A stretch of 64,000 bases of DNA from positions 10,044,001-10,108,000 of the forward strand of contig CM120647.1 in NCBI GenBank assembly GCA_051362555.1, read 5' to 3'. The DNA comes from Lingula anatina. Taxonomy: Eukaryota; Animalia; Brachiopoda. The stretch's first letter is position 1. Each line of letters opens with the position of its first letter. Shown here in pieces: positions 25,176 to 39,243 of this stretch. Under the pieces are notes generated by a model. That model ran no database searches. It was not told the origin of the DNA and saw only the letters and a list, made by a program, of their open reading frames with translations. The position numbers were made by a program, and so were the translations under genes.

Positions 25176-27146
25176 CCGAGCACGCCGTTATCTTTCGCCT
25201 GAAGTTACTATGGACAGGAGCTGTTTGAAGATATCTACGAGATGGAAGTTATCAAGCGGGCACCTAAACGTAGCATAAGAAGAGCTGCTGTAAATCATTA
25301 TAAAGTAGTTTTTTGTATCCCATCTACCAATACTACGCTCTGTTAAAAATATAAAATATTTTATTAAAGCTGCAATAAGCCCGTATCTGTTGATTGATAT
25401 TAAATATATTATGCACATTTCATGAGATAAAGTTTTCATATGGTCTTCTTTTGCAGCTTGAAGAGGGTATTTTTTAATATCAAAGGGAAAGAACGACTAC
25501 TAATGTAGAAGATGGTGAAAAAATAACGGTGTGGAGGGAGTGGAGAAATGTAGAAGAAAATGAGGAAGGAATAACCACCATAATACAACAGCTGTACAAT
25601 GAAAGTATGTTAAAATTGATTTACAATAAATAAATCTTAATTTTTTACTTATGTCTGACACAAGATCGTGTCAAACCCTGAATTGCTCTAACTTCAAAAT
25701 TCATATTTCCTAAAAGAATGCTTGAAATTATTTCTTTCTATAACAGGGGGTACTGCACAATGTTACCTGAGACCATACGTGGTAGTGGAAAGGATAAAAC
25801 GAAGGGGACCTACATGTGGCCAGACAAATGTGGTGGGAAACTTAAGACCATTGTTTATAAATAGTGTTATAATATTGTAGTATGATATGATCATTTTCTA
25901 TTAAACATATGCTCTAATACTAAATTTCTATATTACAGAACATTACCAGAAGACGACGAAGCTTAACCACAGCCATCTACGAGTGGAATAAATGAAAATT
26001 AATACAAGTCAGATTGAATAAATTTGATTGTCATTCTTTCTTTGTATTTGTTTACTTATTGTTTACTTTTTCCATCCGCATTAAGTAGTTTTCTTAGCAT
26101 GTTAAAAATACCGTAAAAGGGCAGGACTCTCCCTTTCGTTTTACCGCCGTCAAGCAACACAGAGTCCTACATGTACCATTTTAGGTTCCGGCGGACCCGG
26201 TGTTTTAAAACTGAGAGTCCGGCGGGCTCCCTGTCTCGAAATAATGGGTCCCTGACTCTATGTTCTGAAATGTAAAGTCACCCTAGACACTCTTTTTCAG
26301 TACGGAAAGTCTTAAGACCCTACGTTTTAATACTGAAAGTCCGCATTGAAGAGCAATAATGAAATCTCACAATTAAAACTTGCAATTTAAAAATGACATT
26401 GAACATGATATTAACTGATATGGAGGAAAGAATTATAACAATTAGAGGTAAAATAAAATTTATTAACCTCTGTTAAAGTGTATCTCGTAGTATAAATGTG
26501 CATTGTTCGCATTTCATAAACTTTAATTTGCAGGATTATATTTTGTATGCAATTGAGAAAGAACATCACTTAAGAAATATACATTTATTCAGAATACATA
26601 AGTGCCTCTGGTGAACTTTACAAAAAAAGTTTATTTTATTAATCAGTATAGTAATTGTTTTTTTTCCCCATTGTCCGTTGTCACCCGCATTTCCATCATC
26701 ATGCAAACTTGATAAAACATCTGTGCCAGTGCTTCGTCTAAAATGAGAAAAATATTATCAATAGTTTCACATTATGAATATATTTTAAAGTACATGTAGA
26801 TATCAAATCCTTTCTTGTTGATACAATCTTGCTTTATTGTTGTCCATATAATACACAATGGAAAAACTTTAATTAAGATTTCTAATGTTATTGAGAAACA
26901 TGGAATACATTCCTTTTGGGTTGATTCCATTTTAATTTAGGGTATGCAACTTAAATTAAAACGTTATATAAATTGTTAAACAAAATTAAATGTGTACATT
27001 TTCAATTACACTCCATAAGCATGTATATTTAATAACTAATTAATTTCGTGAGTTTCCAGAAAATACATATTTTGCACAATTTGGCATTGATGCACTGTAT
27101 AACGCTAGCTGTCACACATTTATGAGTGGAAGTCATTGTAGCTTAA

Positions 27147-27360
27147 GGCTGTATTCCCAGAGCTTTTAGATCGATCTATCCCCGCGGGGAGTCTCACTAG
27201 ATAACTTTCAGATAATCCGGCTTAAATGTCCGTCCCGCCTACTATTAGCTGTAAAGGAGTAATTAACTTCCGTGTCCGCTCGGCTGACAGCTATTTAGCA
27301 TGAACCCCCAGGGAGTTAGGTCGATCTAAAGTAGATCGATCTAATCTCTGGAATAGGGTC
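27147..27360. mobile_element. PIF/Harbinger-like MITE with TAA TSD (tagatcgatcta family)
   Basis: taa|ggctgtattccc...ggaatagggtc|taa. Relatives at 43421-43616 and about 53538-53781. Confidence 0.75.
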
Positions 27361-28954
27361 TAAGTCACGCGTATAGTCCAGTGAAAAGAAACGTTTTGCA
27401 CAGTTTAGCATCGATTCATTGTGTACCACTAGCTTACACACATGTACGAGTGGTATTCAAATAAGTCACGCGTATATATAGTCCAAAGCATCAAAATGCA
27501 ATAGGATGTGTGTGAAATATATTTTAAGTAAGTCCAATTAAAAAAAGGTATGACATGTAATCTAAAGTAAGTATAAAACATTTTATTGCGGAATGAAACA
27601 CAATAAATGGACAGGAAGTTGAATATTTAACTATAAATTAAAAAAACAAGAGTGAAAATAGAGGCGTAATAAAGTCAACATCAGGGTGGGACTATTGGGA
27701 TATTGTTAAATTACTACATACTTCCCTGTCATTGGATACCAAAGTAGATTCATCACCAGTGTCGCTGTCCACTACACCACCAGGTCGTTGTGCAAACCAT
27801 CACCGTTTTGTTATGTTATATTTACTTGTATCAAGGGTTTGCTACATTATAATTCTATTATACCCAGATTGTCATTTTAAAGCGCTTTTACTAAATATCT
27901 ACTGTTCTACAGTATGACCCTAGCTTTTGGACCCAGTTCTTTTGTATGACGGGCGGACTCTGTGTTTCGTAATAGCTGTCATGAAACGTAGGGTCCGGTT
28001 AAATGCAGGGTCCGGGGGACACTGTATATTATGTCCAATTACTATGATACAGAGTCAAGTAGGACCCCTGGTTTCTGAAATAACGGGTCCCGGATTTTCT
28101 GTCATGGGGGACCTTCTGGTACATGACACTGGCTTCCACTGTGCAGGCTGCCTGTGACTGGTAGCGGCGGTCAACTCGGCCTCACAGGGCGGCGAGGAAA
28201 GATCGTAACACTGTAAATACCCTGTCAAGCTTCTACGATGAGAGTTGCCCGTACCCCGTAGGCAATAATCGGCGACCCTCTCGGTCTCAGTGCACGTCGA
28301 CGAGATACCGTAAGACCCTGTCCGGCTTTCGCGGTGAGGGTTACCTAGTCGCGTTTCACGCACACCTCTGGTTGCCTCTCCCTCTGCCCACCCCTGTTTC
28401 TCTCCACAAAAACGATTCTGGCTTCTCAGAATCGTTTGTGAAAAACGACACTAGTTTCTGGATGCCAGAATCGTTTTTCGAAAAACGACACTAGTTTCTG
28501 GATGCCAGAATCGTTTTTCGAAAAAAGACACTAGTTTCTGGTTGCCAGAATCGTTTTTGAAAAACGAATCTGGAAAATAGAAACTAGACACTAACTTCAG
28601 CGCTCTCAGTTAAGTTTTGTGTTATTCCACCTAAGCTATTGTGTTTGTGGGTTTGAATTTTGAAGGGATTAATACGGCTCTCCATTGTTTGCCCGCCCCC
28701 TTCTATTCACAGGACAGGAATTAAAACATTTCAAACATTGTTAAACCGGCGTACAACGGAACATAATTGTTACTACCATTGTAAGTAGGCGCTATGTTTG
28801 CACTGAACTATTATCTTTCAAATCATAATTCAGTGGTTTTCGTCATGAGAGAGTATGTATTTTGCAATTTTATAATTATACGGGAGAATATTGGAAATGA
28901 GCTTTTGATCGTGACTCGACTATTTTTCTCTGTGAGAAAAACGTGGTAGATCTA

Positions 28955-29476
28955 AGGCTTCGTTCACATGGAAAGTCTATTTTCTAAAAATCTATTTTCT
29001 ATTCGCGGTATCATATGATCACGGTCTGTGTCCTGAATAACACGGGGAGTAATTACTGGCAGCGCGAGCCAGTTACTTATACAAAGCTGTAATTAATTCT
29101 CGGCTTTGCTCGCATTCTATAAAACCTCATCCTCCGTTGCCGCATCGCTTGCCATCGGATCATGACGGTTGCACTCGTATCTGTCGTGTATATAGCTTCT
29201 TCATCTTCGTCATCATGTTGTTGCACAATATCGACAAACACATTTTTCAGAGCAACTGCGACCGCCATTAACTTTCGAACTTCCTACTGCGCATGCGTCA
29301 AGGTATCAGAATCTCCTCCGAGCACAGCCGAGAATTAATTACAGCTTTGGAATTAACTGGCACGCGCTGCCAGTAATTACGCCGCGGGATATTCAGGGCA
29401 CAGACCGTTATCACAAGATATACCGCGAAAAGAAAATAGATTTTTAGAAAATAGACTTTCCATGTGAACGAAGCCT
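28955..29476. mobile_element. Palindromic MITE (AGGCTTCGTTCACATGGAAAG TIR, arms over 100 bp), Harbinger-like
   Basis: Near-perfect inverted arms flanked by TA on both sides; short internal ORF at 29077-29268. Confidence 0.85.
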
Positions 29477-29953
29477 TAGACACGTAGTATAAATGTTTTC
29501 ACTCTACAATGTTCTTTCAATTCATAGTTCAGTGATTTTTGTTAAAAAGAATTTGTGGGTTTGATAATACTATAACTTTCTCGACGGGAAAATGTTGGAA
29601 ATGCATGTGCAGCTACGTACTGTAAGTCAACGGACTGCTACCCCCGCGTGAATAATCCGTCAGAACGGTTTATTAACTACGGCGGTTTCTTCACGTGACA
29701 CCGGCTTGACAGGTTGAGTTATGGTTTCTTCTCATGTATTCTCGGAAGTTAACGGAGTACTCTGTTGATTTCCCGTCGCTTTGGCCTGTCACTCGTACAC
29801 GTTGTTCTGCCCCTCAACAGACATAGGACAATAGAATGCCACCTATTCCCATTTACTCCAATATAAGTCCCTTCCCCTACCCTAGTAAAAAGTGTTCCGA
29901 TATGTAGATTAGGTGCTGTAGATGCGCATGGTCAGCACACCCACTGCATTAGA

Positions 29954-30835
29954 GACCACTTTGTTCTCACACCAGGTTTTGTATAGCACGGCGGTTCGTG
30001 TAACGTTCTTCTAACTTCGATCATCAGAACAACGAGATCATCACAGATCAACTGGTAGCAGGTTTTACAGGTTCTAGAAAGGTATATAAAGACAATATAA
30101 TCATTTTATCTCTCTCTCTGTCTTTCCTTTTGTGCGAGATAAACACAAATGTAGAGCATTTCATGGGATCCAAGTCTTCAAATACTGATGGCAAGTGCCA
30201 TGAGGCATGCAGTGTTACAAATTGTATCCCGGGTTGTAAGATATAAGTGAATATACACTGACTAATTATATCAGCCAATACATAAATTAGGGAAATAAAA
30301 AGAAGATAATTAGATAAAGGTAATTTTAAAGGATCTTTGTTTGTAGATCATCTAGTGTAATAAATGTATGCTTTAACCTATACATGTAGTATGATTGATA
30401 CTTTATTTTTAACCAGCGGACCACTTTGTTCTCAAACCAGGGCGGGCGTACCTGAAACATCAGCCACGTGCCTATTAATCAGAACAACAATATCAACACA
30501 GATCACCTTGTAGCAGTGTTTAAAGGTGCCAGAAAGGTAAATAAAGACAATGTAATCATTCTATCTCTCTCTCTTCCCCTTTTGTGCGAGATAAACACAA
30601 ATGTAGAGCATTTCATGGGATCCAATTAAGTCTTCAAATACTGATGGCAAAAGCCACAAGGCTGGCAGTGTTACAAATTGAATCCCGGGTTTTAAGATAT
30701 AAATGAATATAAACTGACCAATTAAATCAGCCAATACATAAATAGGGATACATATGTAGGGGGAAATAACAAGCTAATTAAATAAAGGAAATAGAAAGGA
30801 TTTTTGTTTGTAGATCCTCTAGTGTAATAACAAAT
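29954..30835 (+). repeat. Diverged tandem duplication, about 465-bp unit x ~2
   Basis: gaccactttgttctca starts at 29954 and 30419; ttttgtgcgagataaacacaaatgtagagcatttcatgggatcc occurs in both units. Confidence 0.85.
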
Positions 30836-31213
30836 GTTTTATTTAATTTATAAATGTACTAAATTAGTTGGCATTTACACATTTGACATCTTACGAGTGA
30901 CGTGATAATTGCTATTTTAGCGTAAAAACTTAAAATCGATTTTTTAATACTCCTTACACCCAAATTCAATATAGAGGTGCATTTCTAATGCTGAAGTGTA
31001 AAAAAATTTTAATGAATTCAACGTTGTATTCAGTTTTTAAACACATACATGAATATAGAACAAAAATCCACAACTGTCTCAATTTTAATTCAAATTGTAA
31101 TTTTTACCTTGCCTTGTACTCCTAAAAAGTGAAGCCCTAAATGGTAACGTATGTTCTAAAAAACGTACGGCAACGTATGTTACAGCACGAGGGAAAATAA
31201 TTTATTTTCCCCG

Positions 31214-32040
31214 TTTTTATGTACAGGTACAGATGTGTCTGTACATATATCCCTCACCTGCCTCCGTCGTCGCCGTTGCCATGCACTTTTACCGATAACA
31301 TGAAAAGTGAAAAAACGTTTTTTCTTTTGAATTGAAACTTACAGAATTGGTGACTATTCATAATACGCAGTTCAAGTTCAAAAATCAGTATGGTCGGGTC
31401 TTTTGTAGGGAAGTTATGCTGTTTTATCACTTTTTTCGGCATACATGCAGCACCGATAACACGATAAGTGAAAAACCATTTAACTTTTTGGCTTGAAACT
31501 TACAGAACTGATGAATATTCATAATACGCAGGTCAAGATCGAAAATCAGCATGGTCGGATCATTTTTAGGGAAGTTATGCTGTTTTTTTTTTTACACTTT
31601 TTTCAGCATTTTTATTACACCGATTACATGATAAATGAAAAACTGTTTTACTTTTTGGCTTGAAACTTACAGAACTTATTAATATTCATAATACGTAGGT
31701 CAAGTTTGAAAATCATCTTGATTGGACTAATTTTACAACAGTTCTGCTGTTTTTTTTCTTTATTCGGCATAAATGCAACACTGATAGCGCATTTTAAGGA
31801 AAACCATCGGCCTTTTGTCTTGCAACTCACAGGAGTGATTAGCCTGCCTAGTATACATATCAGGTTTGAAAATAAGCTTGATCAGTTAAGTTTTGATGAA
31901 GTTATTAGCATTTTTATGTATGTGGTTTTTTCTTCAGATTTAATTCTTAAGCATGTTAACAGTCTTATTATGGAACTAATTAGATATATAAAAGTGCTGT
32001 TTTGACATTTTCTGCTTCTTAACAATATTATTAGTTCATT
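31214..32040. mobile_element. Helentron/HINE-like non-autonomous element with internal 160-167 bp tandem repeats (about 4 units)
   Basis: Starts in a T-run, then a short ccgtcgtcgccg tract, then units beginning accgataac (31291, 31452, about 31619, about 31780). The family call is inferred from this architecture. Confidence 0.5.
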
Positions 32041-32047
32041 ATATGAT

Positions 32048-33335
32048 AATCTATCACCAACCCTATTTGCCTTATATATTAATGACTTAGCTCAAGAGAT
32101 AAAACGGATATCGAAAGGTGTTGAAGTAGGAAAAACTTTGTAGATATATTATTATATGCAGATGATGTGGTATTTATTGCTTCTACTGAGGAAAACTTGC
32201 AAGCTATGCTTGATAAGCTAAGTGAGTGGTCTTATAAATGGAGTTAATTTGTCAACCAAAAGAAAAAAAATCGTACATTTTAGAAAACCAGGTGTTGAAA
32301 GGAGTAACTTTCAGTTTAATTTCGGTGGAGTGCAACTTGATTATGAAAAGTCTTATAAATATCTTGGAGTTACCTTAGCAGAGACACTTAATTATAGTAC
32401 AAATGCAGATGTGATGTCTCATGCTGCAGGTAGGGCATTGGGTTCCATAGTAGCTAAGTATAAACATCAAGGATATATGGGGTATTCTACGTACATAAAG
32501 CTTTTTGATTCTTGTGTTAGTCCCATTCTAGAATATGCAGCAGGTGTTTGGGGATATAATGACTATAAGCAGCTAGATAAAATTCAGTTTAGAGCCGCCA
32601 GGGTATTTCTTGGGGTGCACAAATTAACTCCTCTTCTGGCCATAGAAGGAGATATAGGATGGATGAATACTAAGTATAAAAGATGGTTGCACCTTATAAG
32701 ATTGTGGAACAGACTTTTGAGCATGAGTGACGATAGGATTACAAAACAAATTTTCCTTAGAGATTATGACTTGGCAAAAGAGGGTAACATTAATTGGTGT
32801 GCGCATGTCTCTCAAGTTTTAGCTGTTTGTGAAATGGAGCCTTTGTTTAATGATTTAGTTTATTGTGATGTTGGCGTTATAAAGAACATATTATTTAAAC
32901 TGCAGGAGAGAGCCTGGAAAGAAGTCGTATTAAAAAAACCAAAGTTAAGGGTCAATAGAAAACTTAAAGAAAATTGAGTTGTGGAAAATTATGTCAAGTA
33001 TAATTTAAAAGCTGCAGAAAGATCGATCATGGCCCATTTTAGATCAGGGGTTCTTCCATTATATGTAGAAACGGGCCGCTTTGTTAACAAAAAATTAGAT
33101 GACAGACTATGTATTCTTTGTAACACAAAAAAAGTAGAAGTGCTTTTCACAGATTTTCATAGAAGCTCAACGAGGTTTCTCTTTAACTGCTTCCAGGTCA
33201 GAAAGAAGCTTCTATATAACTAATGTTTGGTAGCCGGTGACTTTGTAAGCCCATAGGGCTGGGCCGTTACTAATATATTCACATTATTGTATTATATTTG
33301 TATATATTCGGCATTGTCACGGAAATAAAACAATT
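32048..33335 (+). mobile_element. 5'-truncated, decayed non-LTR retrotransposon (LINE) ORF2: RT C-terminal half and 3' end
   Basis: LSPTLFALYINDL, VDILLYADDVV, YKYLGV, SPILEYAAGVWG, FRSGVLPLYVETGRF..RLCILC. Frameshifts and a stop are present; AATAAA near 33324. Clade not determined. Confidence 0.9.
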
Positions 33336-35734
33336 TAACTATATAAAAATGACAGTAAACCTGTTATCGTCCATTTTGTAATAAAGTATCAAAAATGAAA
33401 ATGAAGTCATATCATTGCAGTTCTTCAGAATCCATCTTTCACTAAGTTAAGAATCTCAGAATGGAGCAAGTTGGATTGATATTTTTCCTTTGACAACATT
33501 TTTTTTAAATTGATCATATAAAAATGACAGTAGATTAATTATTTTGTTTTATGTAAAAAAAAAGGTGTTGAAAATGGAAAACAACTCTTTTCAATATTAT
33601 TGAAATATTGCATGAAAATTGAACAAAACCCTATTTTGGGCACTGCCTCCGTGAAAGGGAAACCATGTCACTTACTCTTCTCACACTTACAGGAAAGAAA
33701 CATAGGACTGAAATACAGCTTCAGTTGGGAATTTTGTCTCATTAGTTAATTTTCTGGAAGTCATACAGTTTTTTGTGAAAAATTTTATCTTATATTGGAA
33801 TTTTCAGTGTGGACTCAGAGCTCCCTTCGGCATGAAGCCCAGTGGTAATCACATTTTCTTAATGTCCATGTTTTTAATAGTAGATATTTAAATATTGGTG
33901 GTATTTATACATTTAAATCATTATTTAATTTTGCATCAAATTTAACAAAAAACCTACTTTGTGCACTACCTTCATAAACGTTATGGAAAGAAAACTGTGT
34001 TATTTTCAATATTTTTAAAACTAATCTTACAAGAATGATTCTTAGGATTGACATACAGCTCATATGAGAAAACCAGCTCTATTGGATTATCATTGTTATT
34101 AAATTTATGCTTAGTTTGTGAAATTTTCATTTTTCTCATTCTGGCACTTTCAAAGTGTAAACTTGAACTCTGATGGGCCTGAAGCCATAGCTTTTACTTT
34201 CATCAGTGTTACCTGTTGTGCATAATTAAAATTTGATGTTGACTGTGCTGTTAAACATAATGTATTATTGCATCAGAATTGGCAGTCTCCTATTTTGTGC
34301 ATTATTATTTTCTGCTTTTCTTAAGGTGTGACTTATGGGCCTGAAGACCTTTGAGAGTGTCTGTCTGTAAATTTCCTTTGGGTATCACTAGGCTAAGTTC
34401 GGAGTCATTTGCTTAATTAAGTGGCCATTAAATGAGATTACATAAAGCACACTTGTTGATATTTCCCTGTAAACTCCCAAAGGTTAAGCTCTCTGCTAGA
34501 TTACATTGTCCATAATAAGGAAACGTGATAATTATGCAGGTAAATTTTGTTTAATATTGCAAAGTTTTAATATACAGGGTAACTACTTAATTTGGAATAT
34601 TTTTTATCATTGTTATTTTTGAGTGCTGATTAATTTTTTTTTTACTTGATTCATCAAGAAGAGTATGTCACTGAGTGATAAAAATATCCAGTCTTCTATT
34701 GTGAGATATCTGGTCAATAATATTAAATTTGACATAAAATGTCATTCAAAAGAAAAGAACACCCCAAGGAAACCATATCAACAGATTGATGTCAGTATTA
34801 ATTTTAAGCTATGATATTAAAGATAGCCTCTGGACAGTGATATGATACACGGTCAAAGAACTCACTACAGTAAATCATGAAAAATCAGTAATTGCGGGTA
34901 TGACCCCCAGCAGCCGCTTGTAGCGCCCTCATCCTACATGGCACTTTTTCAATTTATTAAACCTTTGAGCCCTACGGCTCATCAGAATATAAAACAGTGA
35001 CAATATAAAGTTATATCTAATCAACTACCATTACTACAACAACTATTAGTGATACAAACAATAATAATAATAATGATAATAATAATTCATCAGATTGACA
35101 TTAATCTTAGTTCCGGTGTACATTTCAGGCATTTTCCCTAATTGTTTAATTGTGATAAATTGTTAAGTGATAGTAATTTAATTAATTTAAAGACTCTTGG
35201 CTTTGTATAATAAAATTTCTTAATATATTTCTGCCTAATCGTGTTGTAGTGAGGGCATTTGAGAATAAAATGAAATTCATCCTCTACATCGTTTAAATTG
35301 CATCACTTACAGATTCTTAATTTCTTATTTGTGTCTGTGTATCGACCAGTCTCTACAGCTAGATTATGTGATGAAAGCCTCAATTTTGCGATAAATTCCT
35401 TATTTTCTGTGAAATTGGCTTATTCAAGTAAAATTACACTATGAATTATCAACAAGGTGTTGATACAAAATCCCTTTACTCGCTGTGAATATTTCTCCTG
35501 TCAGTACTTGTCTAAAATGGCCCTTCAATCTTTGTTCTATCAAGGACAGTATATAAACATCTGACACGTTTTCATAAAAAGTAAATGACAGACCCATTAA
35601 TTCAAGGTTATTCCGTATACAATTTATCCACTTTATTTATTTATTTATTTTTTATTATTGTAAAGGATATCTTTATAGCATGTTTGTATAATACAGTTTT
35701 TTGAAAAGCGGATTTTCAGCCAATAATTAACTCA

Positions 35735-37208
35735 AACCCTGCCTCATCTGTAAAAATCTACATGAACCCAGTGCTGTGCCTGGAACCGCAAATGGCGTCT
35801 AGCCCACCATGTTGCTCTGTTCATAGAGTTAACCAGGTAAAAGTAGCCTTGCATTTACTAGAGTTCTAGAAACATGCTTTTGAATGGTAATTTGCCACTC
35901 ATTTTGTACAGCAAGAGTTGTTTTTGTCCGGTTGTTGCGACATAACCGCAGAAGAGAGCGGTCTTCCCTTCTGGTGGTGACTTTAGGACATCCTGGCCGT
36001 GGTCTCTGTGCTAATGCACCAGTCCCGGCGTGTTTCTGTAAGACGTAAGAAACTGCTCCCTGGGAAAAATTCAGCTGTCTGCCAATAGCAGTTTGCTTCT
36101 GTCCATTCTGGCATAATGCAATAATAGTGTGGCAAGTTGCTGCCGTTGGCTCACATACCGTAAGGTCAGCTAAGAGTTTGCAAAAAATTAAACTCTTCTG
36201 ACTGGACGTTGTCGAAATATAGAGACTTATTCTGCAGAACTGCTGCCCTTTTATACGCATTATATAACCAGTCAAAGAGGACTGCTCAGAGAAACTGCCA
36301 CATATTACGTAAGGCGGGCCCTGACCCCCCCCCCTTCGAATTCTGCCCCCCCCCCCTAGAAATTATAATTTTGACTAGCTGAATCATAGTTGTAAACCAT
36401 ACCAAATGGCACCGTTCGCCCTCTTAAATACCAAAATGTTTTGGCCCTTCAACAGGCCCCTAACCCGTTCCCAAGTGGGGAGGGGGGGGGCTTTGCATCC
36501 GCGGACTCCCCCTTCAAATAATCTTGGATCCGCCTCTGCTCACCTTGCCTAATAACTGATGGGCAAGCACTGACAATTTCACTGGGAAAACCTGACAATG
36601 CAGTGACCTTTGGTAATTTGGCTGACACGTACGTAAGAGCAGTTCTGAAGGCAGGTTCTAACTATCAGCAGATTGACTTGTGTTCGACAGATACAGGGAA
36701 GAACCGAGAAAAGGTGCTACTCGGACACGATTCACAAAGTCAGTGCTACCAATCAGACAAGAATTCTGATAAAACACATTCCCTTACCTTGAGAACATGG
36801 GTGTAGACACTGCATTTGTCATGTTTGCTTGCCTAGTTACAGAGTTACAGAAGTAAAACGTTTTTTCAGTAATGGCGATACCGATTTGCATATTTAGGAA
36901 AATTGCGTAAATCTAATTCTAACAGAAACATCTTAATAATGTTCCTCGGCCCTGAAAATATAGGTTAAGACACTTCATTTGTCGTATTTGCATGTTTAGT
37001 TCCAGAGGTATTGCAGAAAATAGGAAATCTGGCGGCCATTTTGTTTTTTTGCAAATTAGACCGTTAAAAACGCAAAATTTCGCTTGGAAACCGGGTAAAT
37101 CGGATTCAGCATCCCAAAATTATGCTATTAAGCCTGGTTCCCAACTTTTACCCAAAAATGCCACTTGCCTCTTATGCAGAGCCTTTTTTCCAAAATCGCA
37201 CTAGACTA
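35735..37208. mobile_element. Second, left-truncated copy of the Academ-like composite element (Tc1 fragment plus right arm)
   Basis: Collinear with about 14849-16305, including the same Tc1 HTH ORF and the TFGNLADTYVRAVLKAGSNYQQIDL remnant. Ends in CACTAGACTA. Confidence 0.9.
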
Positions 37209-37863
37209 GACAGTTAAACAGTCGATTTGAGGGGGTACCTCTTATAAATTTTACTAAATGGTATAAAATGTGTATATTTTCACCACTATTTTGAATTTTT
37301 TAACCATTAATCATGTTAGACACGGTATCCGTAATGAAAAGCACTATTTTGAACAGTTCACAGCGGAATATGTCGGAGACATTTAATAATTCATGGACGA
37401 TGTAAATAATTTCAAGTCATAACTTTTATTATTCTCCATAACACATTGTGTCAATTTTGAAGAGGCTGAGTAAGGCTTGTTTACCTGTCGCATTAAGAAG
37501 CCAGTGATAAGATGTGCATGAAGCCATTGGCTGGAGTACGTACTAAAAGTGTGTAATATTGAATAGAGAATCAGAATGTACCTGAGCAGGCAACGAGTTC
37601 ACATTAAACGATTGAAACTGGTAATTTTTGTCAGTGTGGATTTCCTATGTAGCGTTTAGACGTAAAGATTTCGACCGCGAATCTGGAAGGTTATACTCAA
37701 GCGTTATCCTATCTAAAAGTTTCCAACGGTGTCCGTATTTCGAGCCTAATTCTAAATTACGTTTATATCTAAAATTGCGTGGTTCCGGACAAGCAGTGAG
37801 GTGATCATTTGTAAATAAAACTACATGGAAATGGGGGTTGGACAACCTTTTTGACCAATGTTG
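37209..37863. mobile_element. Right part of a CAGCATTGG-family Tc1 MITE
   Basis: aaacagtcgatttgagggggtacc... and terminal ggacaacctttttgaccaatgttg|ta. Confidence 0.8.
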
Positions 37864-39243
37864 TATGTTTTTAACTTTGATTTGGAAATTTTCAGTAAAA
37901 GTTTGTCACCAGACCTCAGGGATCTTTGAGGGCTATAATGTTTTACTAGATCAGTAATATATGGTGGAGCTAGGTTATAAAAAGCAGCATAAGAGCACTA
38001 CTGATAACTTAGTTCATTGTATATAACTTATTAAATCATGAAAAGCGGGAGATACCCGATTCTTTTAAGTATGACGCTACAATTGTTTTAATATTGATTT
38101 AAATCCCCTCTTCGACAAATTGTATAATAACACCATGCTATACAGATCTACTCATGAAAAAAAATTTGCTTGGGTAAAATTGAGTACGGATTGAACTGGA
38201 GACACTTGGCTTGTCATTAAGTTTACAAGAAAATATGTCAGATAACTTTATACTGTCTTTGAAAGAGTAAATATTGAAAGATAATTTTAGACAAACTTTG
38301 ACGGGGGAAATATCAACAAAGAGTAAAGGGGTGTTGCTGTTGAAAAATCTACACTGCAATTCTATTTAAATAAGCTAAGGAACTAATTGCCAAATTTAGA
38401 CTTTCATCAACTAACAGGGGCATAACCAGACCTGCAAAAATTGTACGCACAGATTTAAGAAAATTACAAGCACGTACAGCAAAATGTAGACTAACGCAAA
38501 ACATGAAGGACAGCGTAATCACAGCAAATGTACCTTATAAAGTAGCTTAATTGCCATTAATAATAAAATCATCATTTAAGTCAAAAATATTCTCGCGATT
38601 TAATAAATAGTCTAATTTACCCAGAATGATATATTTATTTAAAAGGAGGCTAACTGAAATATAGTTTTATGATTTGTTTGTGAAAATTGCCCATGTAGTC
38701 TTGCACGCTAACCACTACACAGACGAGCTGAAGTTGCAAACCTCTCCTTTTTTGTCTCATATATGGCTCACCAGAAGGATTTCATATACATTGATAGTTT
38801 TATCATTTAACAGTATAATTAGATAAGGATAGGACTTTCAAATGGCCGGACTTTTATTACTGTCATAGGTGTAACAGGAATAAAAGTCCAACAGTAATAC
38901 AAGTCCTATTTACTATAATTATGAGCCAGGAACCTAAGTCCCTGTAAGACTACTATTCCCAAGTAATGTTAGTCTACAGACCTCGGTTCCTGGAGGACTT
39001 GGATTGCTGTTACACTGGCCATGGTGGGGTGGGTTTCAGTTGTGTCTCCGTACAAGACTGCGTGGCGTCCCCCAAAATACTGCTAAGATGGAAGTTTTCA
39101 CTACTACTGCTAGGACTATTAACTTTTTCGCTTTTTATTATTAGATTTTCCCATAGCTCCTCATAGCTAGTCGTGTGACATGCAGGGTGTAGGGTCAATC
39201 GAAGTAACGGCGAAACGTGACCTGGTTATAGCACTGCAACATC

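Larger units (their letters stand above)
24011..28606. mobile_element. MULE/foldback-like non-autonomous element with about 230-260 bp TIRs containing about 36-bp tandem subrepeats
   Basis: AGAGCGCTGAAGTT...AACTTCAGCGCTCT; arms 24011-24242 and 28343-28606 are reverse complements. Flanks cagttgatt / cagttaagt (7/9) resemble a decayed 9-bp TSD. Confidence 0.65.

Noticed and set aside
32222-32977. 251-aa ORF as a host gene
   Set aside because: Part of a frameshifted LINE ORF2.
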